A DNA stretch of 64,000 nt from contig CALXSH010000001.1 in the NCBI GenBank assembly GCA_944391065.1, forward strand, positions 27,725 to 91,724. Direction: 5' to 3'. Numbering within the stretch: position 1 is the stretch's first letter; the number at the start of each line of letters is the position of its first letter. The translations under genes were made by a program, and so were the position numbers. The DNA comes from an uncultured Kiritimatiellota bacterium (lineage in GTDB: Bacteria > Verrucomicrobiota > Kiritimatiellia > RFP12 > DVOR01). Of the stretch, positions 38,703 through 49,507 are shown in pieces. Below the pieces are notes generated by a model. That model saw nothing but the letters and a program-made list of their open reading frames with translations, ran no database searches and was not told the origin of the DNA.

Positions 38703-40004
38703 ATGAAGAGCGAAACACCGAACAAAGCCGCTTATATCCCCCGCGCACGCCTGCTCGACCCTTCGATCGGGCTGGATGCCGTGGGTCCCCTTTACGTCAC
38801 GCCGGAGGGGCGGATCGCGCCGGTTCCCGAGAAGCTTCCGCCGGCCTCGAAACTGACGGTGCTGGACCGCCCGAACCTGACGGTCGTGCCCGGCCTCTGC
38901 GATGTCCATGTCCATTTCCGCGATCCCGGCGCCACCGATACCGAGGATTTCCTCTCGGGCTGCGCGGCCGCGGCCAACGGCGGTTTCACCCGCGTGGTGA
39001 CGATGCCCAATACCAATCCCGCGACCGACACGCCGGAACTCGTCCGCCGTGCCCGCGGCGCCGTCGGGCCCTGCGCCATCTATCCTTCGGCCTGCGCGAC
39101 CATCAGCCGTTCCGGCAAGCAGTGCGCGCCGTTGGAGGCGCTGAATGAGGCCGGCGCGGTGGCCTTCACCGATGACGGGGCGATGATTGCCGATCCCGAG
39201 GTGATGAAGGTCGTCATGCTGCGCGCCAAAAAGCTTGGGCGCGTGGTGATGGATCATGCCGTGCGCCCCGACATTCAGAATGGCGGCGTCATCCGCGACT
39301 GTCCTGCCGCGAAGGCGTTCGATCTCCCTGTCTTCCCGGCCGCGGCTGAGATTGAGGCTGTGCGCGACGATATCGCGCGTTGCCGCGAGACGGGCTGTGC
39401 CCTGCACATTCAGCATCTCTCCTGTGCCGGCAGCGTGGAGCTCATCCGCGCCGCCCGTGCCGAAGGCCTGCCGGTTACGGCCGAGGTGACGCCGCACCAC
39501 ATGGCCCTCGCGGCCGAGGATATTCCCGGCAACGACGGCAACTGGCGCATGAATCCGCCGCTGGGCACGCGCGCCGATGTTGAGGCGCTGCGCGCCGGAT
39601 TGCTGGACGGGACGCTGACGCTCTTCGCGACCGACCATGCTCCGCACAGCCGTGCGCTGAAGTCCAAGGGCTTTCGTTCCGCGCCCTTTGGTATCATTGG
39701 TCTGGAAACGGCCGTCGGCGTCTCTTGGGACGTGATGGTGCGGACCTGCGGCATGGCTCCGCTGACGTGGGCGGCCTATTGGATCACAAACCCCAACCGT
39801 CTGATTGGCCTGACGCCGCCGACGCTGCAGGAGGGCGCCGTGGCCGAATTCGCCGTGCTCGATCTGGAAACGGAATGGATGGTCGATCCGGTGGCCTTTG
39901 CCAGTAAGTCGGTCAATACGCCGTGGGCCGGCCGCGTGATCCGTGGCCGCGCGTTGGCGACCTACCGTAAGGGACGCCTGCGGGCGCCCGGTCTGGAGCT
40001 CTGA
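38703..40004 (+). CDS. pyrC: Dihydroorotase (multifunctional-complex type)
   Basis: 433 aa; DVHVHFRDPG metal-binding motif and the TDHAPH motif. Confidence 0.85.
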   Translation: MKSETPNKAAYIPRARLLDPSIGLDAVGPLYVTPEGRIAPVPEKLPPASKLTVLDRPNLTVVPGLCDVHVHFRDPGATDTEDFLSGCAAAANGGFTRVVTMPNTNPATDTPELVRRARGAVGPCAIYPSACATISRSGKQCAPLEALNEAGAVAFTDDGAMIADPEVMKVVMLRAKKLGRVVMDHAVRPDIQNGGVIRDCPAAKAFDLPVFPAAAEIEAVRDDIARCRETGCALHIQHLSCAGSVELIRAARAEGLPVTAEVTPHHMALAAEDIPGNDGNWRMNPPLGTRADVEALRAGLLDGTLTLFATDHAPHSRALKSKGFRSAPFGIIGLETAVGVSWDVMVRTCGMAPLTWAAYWITNPNRLIGLTPPTLQEGAVAEFAVLDLETEWMVDPVAFASKSVNTPWAGRVIRGRALATYRKGRLRAPGLEL

Positions 40005-40201
40005 TCCGGAGCCTCCGGAGAGTGTCTCTGACAAGAGCGCCGACGCGTCTGCGCCGGCGCTCTTTCGTATTCCCGAAGATCTCTTGGCACGCGCGTCTGC
40101 GACCGCGGCGCCTCCCGTGTCCGCGACAGAGGTCTGCCGGCATCGTCTGAACCGTGCGCGGACGGGATGGATTGTCCGTACGCGTCCCGTGGCCAGGGTA
40201 C

Positions 40202-40235
40202 AAAAAAAGGCGCACCCGATGGGGTGCGCCTTTTT
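40202..40235. terminator. Bidirectional rho-independent terminator between pyrC (+) and the coiled-coil protein gene (-)
   Basis: AAAAAAA-GGCGCACCC-gatg-GGGTGCGCC-TTTTT. Confidence 0.75.
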
Positions 40236-40254
40236 GGCATTCGGAGCGGATGGC

Positions 40255-41376
40255 TCAGTCGAGGTAGAAGACCTCGTCGCCAACCTTCAGGTCTTCCTGC
40301 TTCCAGTCGGAGAGGATGTCGCAGAGAAGGGCGTTGGCTTCGGCCGTGATCGTGCGGATACGGACTTTGCCGAGAACGGTGCCATTCGCGTCACCCGCGC
40401 GGCGGACGAGGAGCTCGACGGCAGGCAGCTCGCGGTCGCGGTTCTCACCGAGGAGTTCGTTGATCGTCTCATCGGAGACCTTGACGATGCAGAAGTTGTA
40501 TTCGTTGTCAACGCGGGCGATGGTACCCTTGACGCCGGCGGCGACATTGGCGACTGCGGCGGAGGAGGCAGAACCACCTTTCTGGGCGCCACCGGTCTGG
40601 ATGATCTTCTCGATGGTGGCCTTCAGCTGATCGCGTTCGGCGATGACGGTGTCCAAGTCTTCCTGAGTCTTGTCGAGGTCAGCCTGGAGGGAGGACTTCT
40701 CATCCTCAAGGATGGTCTTCTCTTCTTCGAGGGCGGTCTTTTCCTCTTCGAGACGGGCCTTGTCGGACTCGAGGCCGGCGATGGTTTCGTCGCGGGCGGC
40801 GATGGTCTTCAGGCTTTCACGGCCTTCCTTCTTGACGGTGTTGAGTTCGGTGATGGTGTCCTCGAGCTCGGTGCGGACCTTCGTGAGCTCGCCGCGGACC
40901 TTATTGATGCGGGCGCGCTGGTCGAGGGCTTTCTGCTGGACCTCCTTCAGGAGGACGTCCATCGGGGCGCCTTCCTTGGTCGGCTTGCCGGTGCGGTCCA
41001 TGACGGGCTTGCCCTCGGAGTCGAGCACGTAGATCTCCTGGAGGTCGTAACGGCGGCCGTCGATGGAGTAACTCTTGTTATCCATCTTCTCAAGCTCTTC
41101 GTTGTACGTCTCCCAGAAATCGGAGCGGTCCGGCGTGATGTCGGCCGTGGCTAGGGTGACGGCGGAGATGTCACGGGCTTCGTGATTGCCGGCGGTGTTC
41201 TCATGCGGGGCATCCTCGGCTTCGAAGGTCTTGGCGACGGTGACGATAAAGTCTTCGAGAACGATGTTACGGTCAATCAGCAACTCGCGTTTGCCATAGA
41301 GGGCGTTGGCGAACCACAGGGCGACACCATTGAGCAACAGTGTGATGATAACCAGAATGCGCAAAAGAGTATTCAT
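40255..41376 (-). CDS. Membrane-anchored coiled-coil protein with conserved C-terminal domain (function unknown)
   Basis: N-terminal TM helix; about 120-aa heptad-repeat region (LEEEKTALEEEKTILEDEK); globular C-terminal domain; codon usage consistent with the locus. Confidence 0.5.
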   Translation of the reverse strand: MNTLLRILVIITLLLNGVALWFANALYGKRELLIDRNIVLEDFIVTVAKTFEAEDAPHENTAGNHEARDISAVTLATADITPDRSDFWETYNEELEKMDNKSYSIDGRRYDLQEIYVLDSEGKPVMDRTGKPTKEGAPMDVLLKEVQQKALDQRARINKVRGELTKVRTELEDTITELNTVKKEGRESLKTIAARDETIAGLESDKARLEEEKTALEEEKTILEDEKSSLQADLDKTQEDLDTVIAERDQLKATIEKIIQTGGAQKGGSASSAAVANVAAGVKGTIARVDNEYNFCIVKVSDETINELLGENRDRELPAVELLVRRAGDANGTVLGKVRIRTITAEANALLCDILSDWKQEDLKVGDEVFYLD

Positions 41377-41496
41377 GCTTGTCTTCCTTCAGGAGTTGCA
41401 GATGCTTTTGGTCTCACAACGATTCATAGTTTAGCCCAATGCGATGGGAGACGCAAGCGTAAAGTGCAGAACCGGGCATCATTCCTTGCCGGAGTG

Positions 41497-41530
41497 AAAA
41501 AAAAAGATGCCATCCCGGGGGATGGCATCC
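41497..41530 (-). terminator. Rho-independent terminator downstream of tRNA-Lys
   Basis: On the minus strand GGATGCCATCC-ccc-GGGATGGCATC followed by T9. Confidence 0.8.
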
Positions 41531-41535
41531 TCAAA

Positions 41536-41611
41536 TGGTCGGTCTCGCGGGGCTCGGACCCGCGACCCACGCATTAAAAGTGCGTTGCTCTACCAACTGA
41601 GCTAGAGACCG
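41536..41611 (-). tRNA. tRNA-Lys (anticodon UUU), CCA encoded
   Basis: Manual cloverleaf on the minus strand: acceptor CGGTCTC/GAGACCG, D-arm GCTC-AGTTGGTA-GAGC, anticodon arm ACGCA-CTTTTAA-TGCGT, T-arm GCGGG-TCCGAGC-CCCGC, discriminator A, CCA; unusual C1:G72. Confidence 0.8.
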
Positions 41612-41734
41612 AAAAACGGGCAGAAGGATACCATACTCGGCCATTGCGGCGCAAGTCCTGCGGTTTGCCGCGGAATCCGGGGTGCGGTGAGGGGCGGATT
41701 GTGTTACACTTCGCCTGATTATAAGGAGTCAGGC

Positions 41735-42580
41735 ATGAAGCCAATCATTGAGCCTCACATTCACATGATTTCCCGCACGACCGACGAATACATGGCCATG
41801 CGGGCTAACGGCATCCGCGTCTGCGTGGAGCCCTCTTTCTGGCAGGGTGCCAACCGCCGTTATGCCGGTTCGTTCTTTGATTATTTCCGTCTTTCACTTG
41901 AATTTGAGCACACCCGTGCGGCGCGCTTCGGTGTCGATCACTGGAGCGCCATCGGCATGAATCCCAAGGAGGCCGAGGATCGGGCGTTGGCCGACGCGGT
42001 CATTGACGGGATGGGCGAGTATCTCGACCATCCGCGTTGCGTGGCCTTGGGCGAGATCGGGTTCAACAATATCACACCCAACGAAGAGCACGCCCTCGTC
42101 CGTCAGCTCCGCATGGCTGAGGAGCGGAAGATGCCCGTCGTGCTGCACCTGCCGCATTTCAATAAGCTGAAAGGTATCCGCCGCGTGTTGGAGATCATTC
42201 GCGGCGAAGGCCTGACGCCTGAGCGTATCGACATTGACCACAACGTCGAGGAGACCATCGCCCTGGCCCTTGAGAGCGGTTGCTACGCCGGCATGACGGT
42301 CTATCCTTATTCCAAGCTGTCGCCGGAACGCGTCTCGGCGATGATTCGCGAACACGGCCATGACCGTGTCATTGTCAACGGGTCGGCCGACTGGGGCATT
42401 TCCGATCCCCTCTCGCTGATTCGTGTCGTCGAACGCCTGCGCGCCGACGGTTTTGATGAGTCGGTCATTGAGGCGATCACGCACGACACGCCAATGGCGT
42501 TCTATGCCGCTTCGCCTCACTGGAAACCTGATTTCGACGTTGTGCCGCAGGACCCGACGACCTTCCAGCGTCAGCCCTGA
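41735..42580 (+). CDS. TatD-family metal-dependent hydrolase (TIM-barrel)
   Basis: N-terminal IIEPHIHMI and later His/Asp ligand positions typical of TatD/amidohydrolases; ATG at 41735 preceded by an AAGGAG RBS (track ORF from 41687). Confidence 0.65.
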   Translation: MKPIIEPHIHMISRTTDEYMAMRANGIRVCVEPSFWQGANRRYAGSFFDYFRLSLEFEHTRAARFGVDHWSAIGMNPKEAEDRALADAVIDGMGEYLDHPRCVALGEIGFNNITPNEEHALVRQLRMAEERKMPVVLHLPHFNKLKGIRRVLEIIRGEGLTPERIDIDHNVEETIALALESGCYAGMTVYPYSKLSPERVSAMIREHGHDRVIVNGSADWGISDPLSLIRVVERLRADGFDESVIEAITHDTPMAFYAASPHWKPDFDVVPQDPTTFQRQP

Positions 42581-42592
42581 GAAAGGACAGCC

Positions 42593-45500
42593 ATGGTCGA
42601 GGAGACCCCCTCAGAACCGGCCCCCGGTGAACCGGAACGCACGGAAGTAATCCGTCCCGACGGTGCCCCCCTCTCCGGTCCGCGACCGAACGGCGCGGAG
42701 CACCGTGGGCCAGCCGACGATTATGCCATTTGCGGCAAGATAGGCGACGGCGGGATGGGTGTGGTTTACCTGGCCCGTGACCGCCGTCTGGGTCGTTATG
42801 TGGCCATCAAGCGGCTCAACGAGAAAGCCCTCTCCGACCCGGTTCTGCGGCAACGCTTCCTTCATGAGGCGCGCGCCGTAGCGGCGCTCAACCACGCCTA
42901 CATCGTGCACATCTACGCTCTCGGCGAGGACGCGCTCGGCCCCTACATCGTCATGGAATACGTCGCCGGCCCGACGCCGCAGACCGAGGTCGTGCAGCCG
43001 ACGATGCCTGACGGCGGCGTCCCGCCGCCCCGCGGCCTGACGCTGGAGCAGTACATCGCCCAGAACGGCCCCATGACGGCCGACGAGGCCGTCACGATGA
43101 TTCTCAAGATTGCGCGCACCATGGTCTACGCGCACAGCTGCGGCGTGATTCACCGCGACCTGAAACCCGCCAACATCCTCCTTGACCCCTCCTACGAACC
43201 CAAACTTGTCGATTTCGGACTGGCCCGTCTGGTCACCAATGCTGACAGCCCGAAGGTCGAGGATCTCACGGTGCCCGGCGAGAAACTGGTCAGTCTGGGT
43301 TACTCCGCGCCGGAACTCGAACAGGACGCCAGTACTTCCGACGTCCGCGCCGATATCTACTCTCTAGGCGCTACCCTTTACTTCCTGCTGACCGGGCGCA
43401 ATCCCCGCTATTACCGCGAACAGGACGTGCCCACCTTCCTGCGCGAGGTGATGCGCCGCAGCCTGGAGACTGAACGCGAGCAACGCTACCGTTCCGCTCA
43501 GGATTTCGTCCGCGCCCTCTCCGAGGCCGCCAGCCACGGCAAGACGGTCGCCCCGACCATCAAGATGACCTGGCACTGCAAGTGGTGCGACGCCGTCAAT
43601 CCCGTCACCACGAAGTATTGCGCCGAATGCGGCTGGGACGGCAGCGAACGTTGCCTGGAATGCGGCGCGGAGACCTTCGTCGGCCAGCAGTACTGCCCTT
43701 CGTGCGGCGCCGACCGCCGCATGTACGAACACGTCGCCTCCATCATTGCCCTTATCGACCAGGCTTGGGAAGAGCGCCACTTCGAACGTATCGCGACCAT
43801 CGCCGGCCGCCTTCACGGTTTCGAGCCGACCGGCCCGACCGGCCGCCGTTTCCTTTCTGACGCCCATGCACGCGTCGAGGAAGCCGACCGCCGCATCGCC
43901 CGCCGCAACCGTCTCTCGACCCTCATCCCCAACGAGCTGAAGGCCGAAAACTACGAACGCGCCAAGACCTTCATCGAGGAGTTCCGCGGTCTCAACGAAG
44001 ACCCCAATGTTTACGAAGAGGAACTCCGCGAGATTCCCACGCTCATCTTCAACCGTGACATGGTGCGCATCCGTCAGCATATCCGCAACCGCGACTGGGC
44101 TTCCGCCCGTCATCTCGCCTCCGGCATGGCGGCGCAGTACGGCGATATGCCCGAATACCGCGATGTCCGCCGCGTCCTGCGCAATCACGACCTCCGTCGT
44201 CAGCGCCTGCGTTGGATATGGGTTGGCGTGGCCGTGATCCTGATCTATCTCCTGTCGCTGCCGCCCATGGCCCGTCTGGCCGGCGGTGTACTCGACGGCG
44301 TGACGGCCGTCCTTTACGCGCCTGTCCGCGGTTTCTGGTCGCTGCCTGGTCTCGGTCATGCCGGGGACGTCTACGTCGGCCTCTTCGGATACGGTTCGGT
44401 CGCGGACTGCTTCGCCGTCGAAACCGATGATGCCGAGCCTGACGCCGAGCCCGAGTCGGAACTTCCCGAGGCCGCCGCCGCGGCCCGCGCGGAATACAAC
44501 CGCGTCCTGGCTGACCTTGAGTCCAGCCGTCGCAACGCCCGGATGATTCTCCTCACGCAGTACCGTCAGATATTGGCCGACATTCGTCTCCGGCAGCAGG
44601 AGCTCGGCAACTACGACGGCGTCGTCGCCTGCGACCGGGCCATCGCCGAATACACCGAGCACATGACCGTCGCCGCCCCTGCCGAGGGCGATCCGGAGAA
44701 CCTCGAGCGCACCAAAAACCACTATCGCCAGCTCTACGTCGAGCATCGCCTGCGCTTTGTTCAGCAGATTGTCACCGAAACGCGCCGCTACCTGAAGACG
44801 CAGGATGACTTCCGCCGCGCCTTTACCCAGCGCGGTGACATGGAGTCCGCCGGTGCCGTCAGCCGGGAGATTGACCGTGTCCGCGCCTTGCCGCAGGTCA
44901 TTGAAGCCGAACGCCTCTTCGCCGAGGAGGGTGGCCGTCCCGTGACCTCCGGTGTTACCGGCATTGTCGCTCCCGAGGACGCGGCCAAAATCCGCGACAT
45001 CTACGTCTCCCTGACCGCCGAAATCGACGTCGTCCGCCGCGAGGCCGACGCCCGTCTGGCTGACTTGCCGGCCCGTTACGTTTCGACGCTCAACGGTATG
45101 AAGGAAGCCTACCAACGCTCAGGCGACTTCAACGCCTGGGAGGCCGTCGAAATCGAATACAAGCGCTTCCGGGACAATCCGACGGTCACTGAGGCCAATG
45201 TCGTCCAGCAGCCCGAAGACCTGCGCCGGACACAGCTCGCCTTTCTGGACGAGCTCCGTCAGGTCCATTCCGTGCGCGACAGCGCCGCCCGCACCATCTA
45301 CACCGACTATGAGCGCCGCCTCGAGGAGTGGAAGGTCGAGATGACCAAGGCCGGCAACATGGAGCTCGCCGCCGCCATCAGCAAGGGCCTCGACGACCTC
45401 CGAACCAGCCGCGAATACCGGATTGCCTTCGGCCTCTCCGAAACGGCGGAGGAGGGGGAAAACGCCCCCGCCCCCGCGCGGACCGAACCCCGCCCACAAC

Positions 45501-45598
45501 CCGTGAGTGCTCCCGACGCGCAATCCCCCGCTCCCGCCGCGGCTCCGGTGCCCACCGCCCCGGAAACCCCGGCGCCCGTCGCCGAAGCCGCTCCCTGA
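42593..45598 (+). CDS. Transmembrane Ser/Thr protein kinase with zinc-ribbon pair and large C-terminal domain
   Basis: Hanks kinase motifs (GDGGMGVVY, VAIK, HRDLKPANILL, DFGLA, SAPE); two CxxC...CxxC zinc ribbons; one TM helix (WIWVGVAVILIYLL); about 470-aa C-terminal region ending in a Pro/Ala-rich tail. Confidence 0.85.
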   Translation: MVEETPSEPAPGEPERTEVIRPDGAPLSGPRPNGAEHRGPADDYAICGKIGDGGMGVVYLARDRRLGRYVAIKRLNEKALSDPVLRQRFLHEARAVAALNHAYIVHIYALGEDALGPYIVMEYVAGPTPQTEVVQPTMPDGGVPPPRGLTLEQYIAQNGPMTADEAVTMILKIARTMVYAHSCGVIHRDLKPANILLDPSYEPKLVDFGLARLVTNADSPKVEDLTVPGEKLVSLGYSAPELEQDASTSDVRADIYSLGATLYFLLTGRNPRYYREQDVPTFLREVMRRSLETEREQRYRSAQDFVRALSEAASHGKTVAPTIKMTWHCKWCDAVNPVTTKYCAECGWDGSERCLECGAETFVGQQYCPSCGADRRMYEHVASIIALIDQAWEERHFERIATIAGRLHGFEPTGPTGRRFLSDAHARVEEADRRIARRNRLSTLIPNELKAENYERAKTFIEEFRGLNEDPNVYEEELREIPTLIFNRDMVRIRQHIRNRDWASARHLASGMAAQYGDMPEYRDVRRVLRNHDLRRQRLRWIWVGVAVILIYLLSLPPMARLAGGVLDGVTAVLYAPVRGFWSLPGLGHAGDVYVGLFGYGSVADCFAVETDDAEPDAEPESELPEAAAAARAEYNRVLADLESSRRNARMILLTQYRQILADIRLRQQELGNYDGVVACDRAIAEYTEHMTVAAPAEGDPENLERTKNHYRQLYVEHRLRFVQQIVTETRRYLKTQDDFRRAFTQRGDMESAGAVSREIDRVRALPQVIEAERLFAEEGGRPVTSGVTGIVAPEDAAKIRDIYVSLTAEIDVVRREADARLADLPARYVSTLNGMKEAYQRSGDFNAWEAVEIEYKRFRDNPTVTEANVVQQPEDLRRTQLAFLDELRQVHSVRDSAARTIYTDYERRLEEWKVEMTKAGNMELAAAISKGLDDLRTSREYRIAFGLSETAEEGENAPAPARTEPRPQPVSAPDAQSPAPAAAPVPTAPETPAPVAEAAP

Positions 45599-45640
45599 CG
45601 CCTCTTTCCTTTCCCACAGCCCAGCAAGGACCCGATTCCC

Positions 45641-46411
45641 ATGCATGACATCGACGCCACGATTCTTGATATCCGCACGCTTCCCGGCAACTATGCCGTG
45701 CTGACCCTCGATGCCCCGGCCATCGCAGCCGAGGCCCGGCCTGGTCAGTTCGTTCATGTGCGCGTGCCGACGCTTGAGCCCTCCCGGCTGCGGCGGCCCT
45801 TCAGTATCTATGACGCCGATCCTGCGGCGGGCCGCCTCTGGATCCTGTACAAGAACGTCGGTCTCGGCACTGCCGCGCTTGCCGCGCTGCCCGCAGGCAC
45901 TCGGCTGCGGGTGCTTGGCCCCGTCGGCACGGCCTTCCCGCTCGACCCGAAAGGGGCGCCCTACCTCGTCGCGGGTGGCTACGGCGTCGCGCCGCTCTGG
46001 TTTCTGGCGACGCGTCTTCCGCGCAAAGGCACTCTCTTTGTCGGCGGCCGCACCGCCGCGGATATCCTTGAAACGGAGCGCTTCGAGGCGCTTGGCTGGA
46101 CCGTGCGCGTTGCCACCCAGGACGGTTCCCGCGGCCAGGCCGGTCTCGTGACCCTGCCGCTTGACGAAGCCCTCGCCGCCAATCCCGAGGCCGAGCTTTA
46201 TGCCTGCGGCCCCGACGGTATGCTCAAGGCCGTCGGCGACCGCGCCATTGCCCATGGCATCCGCGGCTGGCTCTCGCTCGACAAGCATATGGTCTGCGGC
46301 GTCGGCGCCTGCCTCGCCTGCGTCCAGAAGATCCGCCGCAACGGCGTCGAACGCCTCGAGCGCGTTTGCGTCGACGGCCCCGTCTTCGAATCGCGTGAAA
46401 TCGTCTGGTAA
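45641..46411 (+). CDS. pyrK: PyrK-like FAD/NAD(P)-binding oxidoreductase with C-terminal 2Fe-2S cluster (dihydroorotate dehydrogenase electron-transfer subunit family)
   Basis: 256 aa; FNR-like fold (RPFSIYD, GGYGVAPL) and C-terminal CGVGACLAC cluster. Confidence 0.7.
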   Translation: MHDIDATILDIRTLPGNYAVLTLDAPAIAAEARPGQFVHVRVPTLEPSRLRRPFSIYDADPAAGRLWILYKNVGLGTAALAALPAGTRLRVLGPVGTAFPLDPKGAPYLVAGGYGVAPLWFLATRLPRKGTLFVGGRTAADILETERFEALGWTVRVATQDGSRGQAGLVTLPLDEALAANPEAELYACGPDGMLKAVGDRAIAHGIRGWLSLDKHMVCGVGACLACVQKIRRNGVERLERVCVDGPVFESREIVW

Positions 46412-46427
46412 ACCCCGGCAGGATGCA

Positions 46428-47318
46428 ATGATGCGCAGAACCCACGGCGGCCCGCGGAAGGCCGCCTCCTTTTTCCCTTCCGCCGCGACGCTCCTGGAGC
46501 TGCTTCGCCTGCCCAATCTGTTTACCGTGCCCGGCGACATTCTGCTGGGCTGGACCCTCGGCGGTATGCGTGGATGGGTCCCGCTTTTCGGTATCCTTTC
46601 CTCCCTGCTGCTCTACGCATGCGGTCTGCTGCTCAATGACTTCTGCGACGCCCGTACCGATGCCAGGGAACGTCCCTCCCGTCCGATTCCCTCCGGGCGC
46701 GTTTCCCGTTGGTGCGTCCTGCTGCTGGCGGCCGCCTGCGCGGCCCTCGGTGTCGGCTTTGCCCTTCGCGGGTGGTCCGTCGCCGTCGGTCTCTTGGGGC
46801 TTATCCTCTTCTACGACATCTTCGCCAAGCACATTCCCGGCATTGGTATCCTCACCATGGGTCTCTGCCGCGGCACCAACATCCTCCTTGGGACCGCCGT
46901 CTCCTGGCCTTGGACCGACATGCCCATCCCCAATGGCCTCCTCCCCGCCGGTCTCTTCTTCACCCTTTATATTCTGGCCGTCTCGGCCGTCGCGCTGCGC
47001 GAGGCTGATCCGCGCCACCGCCCCTCCTTCTGGCTCCGTTACTCCCCTGTTGCGACCCTTGTCCTGCCCCTCGCCGACGCCTGGATGCGCGGTGCGGAGG
47101 CCGGTTGGCTGATGCCTGTCTGCGCGCTCTGGTTGGCCGTCTCCATCCGTCTTGGCGGTTCCGTTCCGGCGCAGGTCGGCCGCATGATCCGCTTCCTCGT
47201 GCCCCTTCAGGGCGTCTGCTGCCTCATCGCCGGCGCCCCCGTCCTCCCCATTGCCCTCACCTTCGCCGTCCTCTGGATCGGTGCCGCCCTTACCGCCCGC
47301 CGCTACGCCTCCTCGTAA
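46428..47318 (+). CDS. UbiA-family polyprenyltransferase (integral membrane)
   Basis: NDFCDARTDARERPSRPIPSGRV motif (NDxxDxxxD...RP) plus 8-9 TM segments; ATGATG start at 46428, 17 nt after the pyrK stop. Confidence 0.7.
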   Translation: MMRRTHGGPRKAASFFPSAATLLELLRLPNLFTVPGDILLGWTLGGMRGWVPLFGILSSLLLYACGLLLNDFCDARTDARERPSRPIPSGRVSRWCVLLLAAACAALGVGFALRGWSVAVGLLGLILFYDIFAKHIPGIGILTMGLCRGTNILLGTAVSWPWTDMPIPNGLLPAGLFFTLYILAVSAVALREADPRHRPSFWLRYSPVATLVLPLADAWMRGAEAGWLMPVCALWLAVSIRLGGSVPAQVGRMIRFLVPLQGVCCLIAGAPVLPIALTFAVLWIGAALTARRYASS

Positions 47319-47417
47319 ACGGCGGTTCCCCAATATAAGAAAAGCGGGAAGCCAATCGGGGCCCGCCTTCTTCTGGGAGGTTGGGAAATGACCTGTGAGA
47401 ACGTAGGCTTGGGCACG

Positions 47418-47454
47418 AAAAAAGGGACGCCGTTTTCGGCGTCCCTTTTGATTT
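47418..47454. terminator. Bidirectional rho-independent terminator between the ubiA-like gene (+) and groEL (-)
   Basis: AAAAAA-GGGACGCCG-tttt-CGGCGTCCC-TTTTG. Confidence 0.8.
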
Positions 47455-47472
47455 GTCCCTTGCGGGGGCGAC

Positions 47473-49107
<1,635 letters not shown>

Positions 49108-49143
49108 AATCAAAATTCCTTTCTTTCAAAAACGTTGTCGGTC

Positions 49144-49440
49144 TCAGCCGAGGATGCCGAGCAGGTCGTCGGAGCGGACGAGCTGGTAGGTCTCGCCGTC
49201 GAGCTTGATTTCGGTGCCGCCGTACTTCGGCAGCAGGACCTGATCGCCGGGCTTGACGTCAAAGGGGATTTCCTTACCGTCTTTGTCGCGCTTGGTGCCG
49301 ACGGCGATGACGGTGCCCTCCATCGGTTTTTCCTTGGCGGTGTCAGGGATGATGATCCCTCCGCGGGTCACTTCCTTCTCTTCCTTGGGCTGGACGAGGA
49401 CGCGGTCGCCGAGGGGGCGGATCTTGGGTGCATTGGACAT
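49144..49440 (-). CDS. groS: Co-chaperonin GroES
   Basis: 98 aa; PLGDRVLV...GGIIIPD mobile-loop signature. Confidence 0.95.
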   Translation of the reverse strand: MSNAPKIRPLGDRVLVQPKEEKEVTRGGIIIPDTAKEKPMEGTVIAVGTKRDKDGKEIPFDVKPGDQVLLPKYGGTEIKLDGETYQLVRSDDLLGILG

Positions 49441-49507
49441 GGTGTCGTTTCCTTTCTTTAGAGTGGGGGCCTCCCGCGCCGCCGGAGGCGGGCGGGAGTC
49501 GAGAAAA

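Noticed and set aside
39943-41154. 403-aa + strand ORF covering the pyrC 3-prime flank and antisense to the coiled-coil gene
   Set aside because: Crosses a strong bidirectional terminator (40202-40235) and is antisense to the coiled-coil CDS; no RBS
49441-49507. Possible CIRCE/HrcA operator or terminator between dnaK and groES
   Set aside because: The inverted repeat present (CTCCCGCC...GGCGGGAG-like) does not match the CIRCE consensus and has no T-run; it is more likely an intercistronic hairpin within one transcript
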